Positions 5,692-12,466 of a stretch of 12,466 nt of DNA are shown here, piece by piece. The notes under the pieces are model-generated. The model searched no databases. It saw only the letters and a list, made by a program, of their open reading frames with translations, and was not told the DNA's origin. Made by a program: the position numbers and the translations under genes. The stretch lies in contig JBNKNM010000169.1 of assembly GCA_050293845.1 (NCBI GenBank), positions 1 through 12,466 on the forward strand, given 5' to 3'. The stretch is from Pseudobacteriovorax sp. GTDB taxonomy: Bacteria > Bdellovibrionota_B > Oligoflexia > Oligoflexales > Oligoflexaceae. Numbering within the stretch: position 1 is the first letter of the stretch; the number at the start of each line of letters is the position of its first letter.

Positions 5692-8055
5692 ATGGAATTT
5701 AATCGTATACTCCAAAATCTTATTTTGGGACTCACCCTTCTGCTTGCTGTGAAATCCCATAGTCAAAGCTTCAGTCAGATAGTCGTGCCATTCCATAAGC
5801 AACGCAGCTTCGAAAGCTCCTTTAACCCTCGAGATAATACAATAACTATACAGATAAAAAACACCCGACCCGATGAATTAACACCCCTCTACAATTACGA
5901 TAATCGCTTGGTCAGACGTGTTATTTTCAAAGAACTCGCCGATCAGGCCACAAAGGTTACCTTGGTTCTACGGGATCAAAAAGTTAAGGCTGCAGTTTAT
6001 TCTTTTGAGGAGCCCTATCGGATTGTTATCGACTTATTCGATCAGAAATTTCAGGAGGTCCGCGACCCTAAAACCGGCATTCCCCTTGTGGAAACCTATC
6101 AACCCCAAAACGGACAAACGAGGATGTCTGACAACTTTGGATATGATCAAAATCCTTCGTACTCTCCGGAAGCTCCTTACCCTTCGAGGCCACAGCGCTT
6201 GGCAAGGACTCCCTCCCAGGCCCCTGCAAAAAAATTCCAAGCATCCCCGAAAAGACGTTTGTTACAACCTCAACCAAAGTCGATTATGAATCCAGGGCAG
6301 CTTATTGCTGCTATGGAAAAAGTTAGCTCTGGCATCGGTTCGCATTGGGCAACCTACCCCAAGTACATCTACAGGGTGCAAATACAATCTCTTAAAACCG
6401 GTAAAAATTATAAATCATGGTTAAAAAGAAACGCTAACCGAGCGATGTCTTCTGGGGAAGCCATGGCCGATTATGCGGCTCAATTATTTGCTTTTGGTCA
6501 CGAACTAAAAGCTTTGCTCGCCTACCAAAAGGTTTTATACGAAAACCCCCTGATCTTTGATAAAGATGCTAAACATATCTGGAATATAGTTGAAATTCAT
6601 CTAGGGCAGGGCAATAGAATATTAGCCCAGGGATACTACCAAAGTCTTATAGAAAAACATTCCGATAGCCCGCTTTTAGGATTTGCTCAATTAAGGCTTC
6701 TTGATATACAAGTATTCGATGCCTATACAAATAATCAAGTCTCGAATATTGCTGATGCAGTCAATAAGCTAGACCTTATTAAAACTCATAATCTACCAGA
6801 GTTGGCGGCACAAGTAGCTATTAGACATGCCTATTGGGATCAGAAACCAGCAGAACTTGCCACCCTACAAAAAGATCCTCATCGTATTCCCTTAGCCAAC
6901 CCTAAAAGTCTTAAATACCTGCAAAGTGCATACTCCCGAGCGCAAAATCCCAAGACAGTGTATTTCATAGCTAGTATCGTTCTGCATACTAAACTGCAAA
7001 ATACTGCATGGAATCAAGATCTAAAAAATCTTGCTAAGCAATACCTAGATAAATTTCAAGGATCGACTACAGAACCCTTTCGCAACACCATCATAGCGAG
7101 TGCGCAGAAAAGTATCAATAAAAGGATAGAAACCCTTGCTAAAGCGGGACAAAACCATGACACCGTCAAAATTCTGGAAGATCTTCCTAAAAATCTTAAT
7201 ACAGTAAAAAATTCCGCATCATTATCCTGGTTAGTTGCTGAATCTTATCGTAAGTTAAATCTGGATAAGAAAGCCTTACCCTATTACAAAATAAGCTCCC
7301 GTTTATATCAAGATCCTATAGATAAATTTACAAGTCAATTTAGGTTACTACAGTCTATTAAAAATGCTCTAAATGTAGAGCGTAATCAAAACCACACCGC
7401 TAATATAAAGTCTTTAACAGGCGATCTAAAATTTCAAGACAGACAACTCATGCTGTTATGGTCAGAGTTGTTTGACAAAGATAAATTTGTAATCACCACA
7501 AAGTTTAAAGATGAATTATATCAATCAATTCTGTCTTCAACCTTATCTACTTCTTATCCAGAAATTCTATTTTGGGCTTGGAATCAAGCTCTAGCAATTC
7601 CCCCAAATACAGGAAAGGTTCCTAATAACTGGCAAACTAGCTATACTGTCAATGAAGACGATATCTATCTATTAAGTCGTCTCTCGAAAAAATTTTTGGA
7701 AATTGGTGATCAAAGTAAATCGCAACAAACAAAAGATCTTTTAAAGTATATTTCTCCAAAGTCATTTAAATCAAAACAAACCTCAAAACTATGGGCAAAT
7801 GAGCTAACCGAGCTAGCAGAAATTTATCGCAAAAATAATCAATATCTTGATGCTGGTAGAATTTATGCCCTAACTGGTGCAAAAAGTGAAAATTGGGAAA
7901 AAAGAGCTGAGGCCCTCTATAAAGGAGGCTTATTACTATATCGCTCAGGAAGACGCGAAGAGGCTGTCAAAGCTTTTGAACAAGCTGCTAGCGATGGCAA
8001 CAATCTTTTGTATGCCGAACTAGCAAAAAAACGACTCGAGCAACTTAAAGAATAA
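5692..8055 (+). CDS. Secreted TPR-like helical repeat protein with an N-terminal AMIN-like beta domain
   Basis: GAGGA RBS and signal peptide (..LLLAVKSHS). N-terminal beta domain ending in FEEPYRIVIDL (AMIN-like), a Pro/Gln-rich linker, then helical repeats including C-terminal AEALYKGGLLLYRSGRREEAVKAFEQA. Confidence 0.8.
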   Translation: MEFNRILQNLILGLTLLLAVKSHSQSFSQIVVPFHKQRSFESSFNPRDNTITIQIKNTRPDELTPLYNYDNRLVRRVIFKELADQATKVTLVLRDQKVKAAVYSFEEPYRIVIDLFDQKFQEVRDPKTGIPLVETYQPQNGQTRMSDNFGYDQNPSYSPEAPYPSRPQRLARTPSQAPAKKFQASPKRRLLQPQPKSIMNPGQLIAAMEKVSSGIGSHWATYPKYIYRVQIQSLKTGKNYKSWLKRNANRAMSSGEAMADYAAQLFAFGHELKALLAYQKVLYENPLIFDKDAKHIWNIVEIHLGQGNRILAQGYYQSLIEKHSDSPLLGFAQLRLLDIQVFDAYTNNQVSNIADAVNKLDLIKTHNLPELAAQVAIRHAYWDQKPAELATLQKDPHRIPLANPKSLKYLQSAYSRAQNPKTVYFIASIVLHTKLQNTAWNQDLKNLAKQYLDKFQGSTTEPFRNTIIASAQKSINKRIETLAKAGQNHDTVKILEDLPKNLNTVKNSASLSWLVAESYRKLNLDKKALPYYKISSRLYQDPIDKFTSQFRLLQSIKNALNVERNQNHTANIKSLTGDLKFQDRQLMLLWSELFDKDKFVITTKFKDELYQSILSSTLSTSYPEILFWAWNQALAIPPNTGKVPNNWQTSYTVNEDDIYLLSRLSKKFLEIGDQSKSQQTKDLLKYISPKSFKSKQTSKLWANELTELAEIYRKNNQYLDAGRIYALTGAKSENWEKRAEALYKGGLLLYRSGRREEAVKAFEQAASDGNNLLYAELAKKRLEQLKE

Positions 8056-8065
8056 GGAGAGTTTT

Positions 8066-9157
8066 ATGAATCGCCTCGGTGCCAACAATGGGGCTGTCGC
8101 TCATGGCTACAATCCCAAACCAGATTCCAGTGAATACTTGAATTATGTTCAAGAGCAGCAAAAAAAGGAGAGACAGCGCCCTAATACGGAGTTTATCTTT
8201 GCTGATGAAAAAATGCTTAAGATAAGAGAAGTCATTCATCAAATAGCAAATGCCAATGTTCCTGTTCTTATTTCCGGTGAATCAGGTACCGGTAAGGAAG
8301 TCGTGGCCAAAATGATTCACGCCTGCTCAGAAAGAAAGAAGGAACCATTTATTTCTGTGAATTGTTCTTCTCTTCCCGCAAACTTGCTCGAAAGCGAACT
8401 ATTTGGTTATGATGCAGGAGCTTTTGCCGGAGCGAATCAACCTGCCATAGGAAAATTTGAACTTGCTAATGGTGGTACCATCCTTCTTGATGAAGTCACC
8501 GAAACTGATCAAAGTTCACAGACTAAACTTTTGCGAGCTTTACAAGATTCTGAAATAGAACGTATTGGTGGTAAGAATCCTATAAAAATCAACACAAGAG
8601 TCATTGCAACCACTAATAGAGACATTTCAAAGACCGTTACTGAGGGCAAGTTTCGCCAAGATCTTTTTTACAGGCTTTATGTTATTCATTTGGAAATTCC
8701 ACCTCTAAGGGAACGTAAGAAAGATATCGAGGTCCTAGTACGATATTTTCTAAAATCGTTCAGTGTTCAATTTAAAGGACAGCCAGCAACTATTACAGCT
8801 GATGCGATGCAAAAGCTCGTCAAGTATACTTGGCCTGGAAATGTCCGCGAGTTGCAGAATGTCATTCAACGCGCTGTTCTGATGTCGAATAACAACATTA
8901 TTACAGCTGATGAGTTTGTCTTAGAGCCGAAGAAGGTAGATGAAAGTCAGGAGTGGATTAAGCACCTACCCATTGGACATAAAATGCGAGAGGTTGAAAC
9001 TCACTTCATTCTTGAAACTCTCAAAAATCACAATGGCAACAGAACACACTCAGCAAAGACCTTAGGTATCAGCCTGCGAACCCTACGCAACAAGATAAAT
9101 GAATTTATCATCGAGGGTTTTGATGTCCCACAACCTACGTCTGGAAAACCCATATGA
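8066..9157 (+). CDS. Sigma-54 enhancer-binding-family AAA+ regulator with Fis-type HTH and no receiver domain
   Basis: Walker A GESGTGKE, ESELFG, GAFAGA loop, Walker B ILLDE, FRQDLFYRL, WPGNVRELQN, and HTH GNRTHSAKTLGISLRTLRNKI. AAGGAG RBS. Confidence 0.93.
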   Translation: MNRLGANNGAVAHGYNPKPDSSEYLNYVQEQQKKERQRPNTEFIFADEKMLKIREVIHQIANANVPVLISGESGTGKEVVAKMIHACSERKKEPFISVNCSSLPANLLESELFGYDAGAFAGANQPAIGKFELANGGTILLDEVTETDQSSQTKLLRALQDSEIERIGGKNPIKINTRVIATTNRDISKTVTEGKFRQDLFYRLYVIHLEIPPLRERKKDIEVLVRYFLKSFSVQFKGQPATITADAMQKLVKYTWPGNVRELQNVIQRAVLMSNNNIITADEFVLEPKKVDESQEWIKHLPIGHKMREVETHFILETLKNHNGNRTHSAKTLGISLRTLRNKINEFIIEGFDVPQPTSGKPI

Positions 9158-9579
9158 GTTCACTTTCAGGTATTTTTAATGCCTCTGATGCAATAAAAAT
9201 GGAAGCTCTCAATCAGCGATTGGTTCGTCAACACGTTTTGACGGGCAATATTGCAAATAGTGAGACTCCGGGATACCGAGCGCTAGGTTTTGATTTTGAA
9301 AAGCAATTGCAAACCATAGCCGACGGTGGCGATCCGTTTCCTATGAAAGCAACTAATCCCAAGCATTTTTTAAATGGTCATACTGAAGCCGATGGTACGA
9401 TCTATCCCGACGTTTATGTAAGACCTTCTGAAAGTGTCAGTCAAGATGGTAATACAGTTGACATTGATAGGGAAATGGGCCGGTTATCCAAAAATCAAAT
9501 TCTCTATAGGGCTACTGTTGAGCTTATCAACAAGAAAATCGGTACTCTAAAATACGCTGTAAGCGCAGGAGGAAGATAA
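9154..9579 (+). CDS. flgB: Flagellar basal-body rod protein FlgB
   Basis: NIANSETPGY, DGNTVDIDREM, NQILY. ATGA overlap with the upstream stop. Confidence 0.96.
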   Translation: MSSLSGIFNASDAIKMEALNQRLVRQHVLTGNIANSETPGYRALGFDFEKQLQTIADGGDPFPMKATNPKHFLNGHTEADGTIYPDVYVRPSESVSQDGNTVDIDREMGRLSKNQILYRATVELINKKIGTLKYAVSAGGR

Positions 9580-10019
9580 TGAGTTTTTTTAAAGCTATGA
9601 GTATCAGCTCATCTGGTCTAGCGGCTCAGAGAGTTCGTATGAATGTACTGAGCTCTAACCTGGCCAATGCCAATACAACTAGAACTCCTGAGGGAGGTCC
9701 CTACAAACGACAAGACGTTGTTTTTTCAGCAACTCCCCAAAGTGGAACACCTTTTGAAGATTTTCTCGATGAGGACTGGGGGACTCAGCTAAAAAAGGTA
9801 CAGGTTGTTGATATTCATCGTGACACTAGAGTACCCCGCAAGGTTCATGACCCCAGTCATCCAGATGCAGATAAAAATGGTTTTGTGGAAATGCCTAATA
9901 TTCAGGTCATGTCAGAAATGGTGAACATGATTACCGCAACACGGTCATTTGAGGCCAATACCACTGCTATGAATGCAGCTAAATCAATGGCTATGAAAGC
10001 ACTTGAAATCGGTCGATAA
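9579..10019 (+). CDS. flgC: Flagellar basal-body rod protein FlgC
   Basis: SGLAAQRVRMNVLSSNLANANTTR, GPYKR, DPSHPDAD, EMVNMITATRSFEAN. TAATG overlap with flgB. Confidence 0.97.
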   Translation: MSFFKAMSISSSGLAAQRVRMNVLSSNLANANTTRTPEGGPYKRQDVVFSATPQSGTPFEDFLDEDWGTQLKKVQVVDIHRDTRVPRKVHDPSHPDADKNGFVEMPNIQVMSEMVNMITATRSFEANTTAMNAAKSMAMKALEIGR

Positions 10020-10033
10020 AATAGAGGTTTATC

Positions 10034-10381
10034 ATGCAATCCATTCATTCAAATGGTCGTGCAAGTTTTGGTGAAAGTTTATTATCAGAGCTTCATGACT
10101 TCAAGCAATCATCGCACTCTGTAGCCGCTAAACCGAAATCTGATCAAAATGATACTCAGAGTCCATCTTTTCTAGATCATCTGGAAAGTGGGATAAAAGA
10201 AGTTAATGAATCACAAAAATTAGCTGACAAAGCTTCAACCGATTTGGCCACAGGTAAAAAACAAAATATACATGAAACTATGCTTGCAGCTTCTCAAGCC
10301 GAAATCAACTTTAATCTTATGGTCCAAATGCGCAATAAAGCTCTAGAGGCTTATCAAGAAGTGATGCGAATGCCGGTCTAG
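10034..10381 (+). CDS. fliE: Flagellar hook-basal body protein FliE
   Basis: SFLDHL...IHETMLAASQAEINFNLMVQMRNKALEAYQEVMRMPV, located between flgC and fliF. Confidence 0.95.
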   Translation: MQSIHSNGRASFGESLLSELHDFKQSSHSVAAKPKSDQNDTQSPSFLDHLESGIKEVNESQKLADKASTDLATGKKQNIHETMLAASQAEINFNLMVQMRNKALEAYQEVMRMPV

Positions 10382-10395
10382 TAATGAGGTAGTAT

Positions 10396-12021
10396 TTGGA
10401 AAAGATTGCACAGTATCTTACCAATTTTAGAAGTCAGAGTTTTCAATTCTGGTCTCAATTATCATTGCTGCAAAAAGTAGTAAGTACCGCTACTTTTCTA
10501 CTAGTGATCGTAGGACTTATAGCAATCGTACTCAATCATGATGAAAAAAAAATGGGCTATCTCTATGAAAATTTGGAACAAAGTGATATCCAACAGATTT
10601 CACAAGAATTAAAAAATCAGCAATTTCAAGACTACCTTATTGACGATCATGGCATCTTGGTACCCTCTGATCAAATCATCCCCCTGCGCTTGAAATTAGC
10701 TCAAGAAGGTCTACCCAATAATGGTAGTATCGGTTGGGAAAAATTTGATAATCAAGATTTTACAAAGACAGAATTCGAACAAAATATCAATAAAGTGCGT
10801 GCGATCTCAGGAGAGTTGTCACGTACTATAAAATCTATTAATGGTATTATCGGTGCTCGTGTTCATATCGTTATGCCAGAAAAATCGTTATTTAAAGAAG
10901 ATGAACAAGAGCCTACTGCTGCCATATATATCAAAACTTTTCGTAATTCCCGTCTGTCTGAGAAACAGATCAGAGGAATCACACATCTCGTATCCAAATC
11001 TGTTCCAGGATTGAGATCTGAAAAAGTTACCATCATCAACCAAGATGGTAAGATGTTGACAAAAGAAGAAATTGATAATCCAACGACGAAATTGACTAAT
11101 GAAATGTTAGCTTATCGGCGCTCTTTGGAAAAGGAGCTTTCGGCTAAAGTGAAGTCCTTAGTGGGACGTATCGTAGGTGCCGATAGAGTGGAAGCTAAAA
11201 TCGATGTAGAAGTTGATTTTACCCGCGAAGAGCAAACCATATCTGATATCGACCCTGACAGAGTTGTCATTTTATCCTCGAACACAACTAATCAAGAAAT
11301 GACAGGCAACGGTTTAAATCCTACGGGAATTCCAGGAGCCAAGTCTAATGTGCCAGGAGAACAAGAGGAACTCACTCTTAGCTCCAATGAAACTAAAAGT
11401 AAACGCAACACCGAAAGACTCAACTACGAAATTAAAAAAACACATCAGAAAAAGATTATGCCTGTAGGTACTATTAATCGAATATCTGCAGCCGTAATCG
11501 TTGATGGTACTCAAGTCTATCCTGCTAATGGAAGCGCACCTGAGTTTGAACCACGAAATGAAGAAGAAATGGTAAAAATCGTTGAACTTGTCAAGTCTGC
11601 GATTGGTTACAAAGAAAAAAGAGGAGACCATGTTACCGTTCATAATGTGTTGTTTGAGTTGGCTCCTATGCAGGTGGAGGCTTTAAAAGAAAAGAAAAAA
11701 GAAAATCGTAAGTATATCTCCACCCTGGTAGCATCATCTGTCATAGCTATCGCATTAGTATTCTTCTTCGCGTTTATTGTAAGACCCTATTTTCGATGGC
11801 TTTCTTACGATCCCGAGCGCAAGAAAAAAGAAGCTACAGTAGAAGAGTTTAAGCCAGATCTAGAAATGGGAGGTATGTCTAATGTTCAAGTAAAAGAAGA
11901 TGTTCCTTTTGAAAAACTTAGTCCTCAAGAGCAGATCCTGTTTCTGGCCAAAAATGAGCCATCAAGAACCACAGAAGCCATCCGTATCCTGCTAAATCCC
12001 CATCAAGCAAATCGAGGTTAA
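10396..12021 (+). CDS. fliF: Flagellar MS-ring protein FliF
   Basis: Two TM segments, LAQEGLP, GWEKFD, RAISGELSRTI, ARVHIVMPEKSLF, GIPGAKSNVPG, NYEI, RGDHVTV. GAGGT RBS and TTG start. Confidence 0.96.
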   Translation: MEKIAQYLTNFRSQSFQFWSQLSLLQKVVSTATFLLVIVGLIAIVLNHDEKKMGYLYENLEQSDIQQISQELKNQQFQDYLIDDHGILVPSDQIIPLRLKLAQEGLPNNGSIGWEKFDNQDFTKTEFEQNINKVRAISGELSRTIKSINGIIGARVHIVMPEKSLFKEDEQEPTAAIYIKTFRNSRLSEKQIRGITHLVSKSVPGLRSEKVTIINQDGKMLTKEEIDNPTTKLTNEMLAYRRSLEKELSAKVKSLVGRIVGADRVEAKIDVEVDFTREEQTISDIDPDRVVILSSNTTNQEMTGNGLNPTGIPGAKSNVPGEQEELTLSSNETKSKRNTERLNYEIKKTHQKKIMPVGTINRISAAVIVDGTQVYPANGSAPEFEPRNEEEMVKIVELVKSAIGYKEKRGDHVTVHNVLFELAPMQVEALKEKKKENRKYISTLVASSVIAIALVFFFAFIVRPYFRWLSYDPERKKKEATVEEFKPDLEMGGMSNVQVKEDVPFEKLSPQEQILFLAKNEPSRTTEAIRILLNPHQANRG

Positions 12022-12024
12022 CTC

Positions 12025-12466
12025 ATGGCAGAAGAATCACACGTCCGTCGTCGCAGAGGACGATTTATAAAGAACACTGATCCTTTAAGAAAATCCTTAT
12101 CAATTACAAGTTTTAACCTTATGGAAATATGCGATACTCCGGTAACTTATGCTGATAATATCCATAGCAATGTTATTCATCATAAATTGCATACAAATCA
12201 GTCTCTTGATGAGGGAGTTCGTCAATCAGTTGAAATTGAGACAGTTTTTGAGCCCTCAGAATTTAGACCCGTCATCAAACCATTAGATTTCACTCAAGAG
12301 TGGATCAAACAAAAAAAACGCCAGCACAGTCGCAGCGCTCGTGCCGATGATGATGACGAAATAGATGTAGAGATGGAAAATATCGCACGTAAATTGCGAA
12401 AAAAATTTAGCAGCAAAATGAAAATACAAGGAAAGAATAATGAGTTAAGTGAAACCAAAAAAATTG
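12025..12466 (+). CDS. Partial hypothetical protein (MAEESHVRRRRGRFIKNTDPLRK...), open to the window end
   Basis: GAGG at 12014-12017, ATG 3 nt after the fliF stop, and 147 codons without a stop. It is absent from the ORF track because no stop codon is visible. Confidence 0.8.
   Translation, partial: MAEESHVRRRRGRFIKNTDPLRKSLSITSFNLMEICDTPVTYADNIHSNVIHHKLHTNQSLDEGVRQSVEIETVFEPSEFRPVIKPLDFTQEWIKQKKRQHSRSARADDDDEIDVEMENIARKLRKKFSSKMKIQGKNNELSETKKI

Noticed and set aside
5918..6289. Three overlapping short ORFs within the TPR gene
   Set aside because: Alternative frames over the N-terminal domain and GC-richer Pro/Gln linker, with no RBS or motifs.
8045..11643. Antisense ORFs 8045..8242 and 11314..11643
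   Set aside because: Antisense to the regulator and fliF. Their Phe/Leu richness mirrors A-rich sense codons.

Overview
Bacterial chromosomal window, fairly AT-rich. The gene content and order suggest a Bdellovibrionota/Oligoflexia-like deltaproteobacterium (inference only). The left part is accessory. It holds the 5' end of a minus-strand gene whose leader can fold into two mutually exclusive stems, a predicted lipoprotein/beta-barrel gene, a divergent DUF285 (BspA-type, 25-aa repeat) lipoprotein with a sigma-28-like promoter, and a 431-bp non-autonomous IS200/IS605 element. That element has both ends intact and an in-frame, RuvC-less tnpB remnant, and sits just upstream of pcm. pcm converges on hldE. 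The right part is a sigma-54 flagellar operon preceded by GTCA-N6-TGAC enhancer-like palindromes: a 787-aa secreted TPR-like protein, a receiver-less AAA+ activator with GAFAGA instead of GAFTGA, flgB, flgC, fliE, fliF, and a partial ORF that does not look like fliG. The best leads are the mini-TnpB element, the anti-SD/anti-anti-SD leader, and the unusual head of the flagellar operon.
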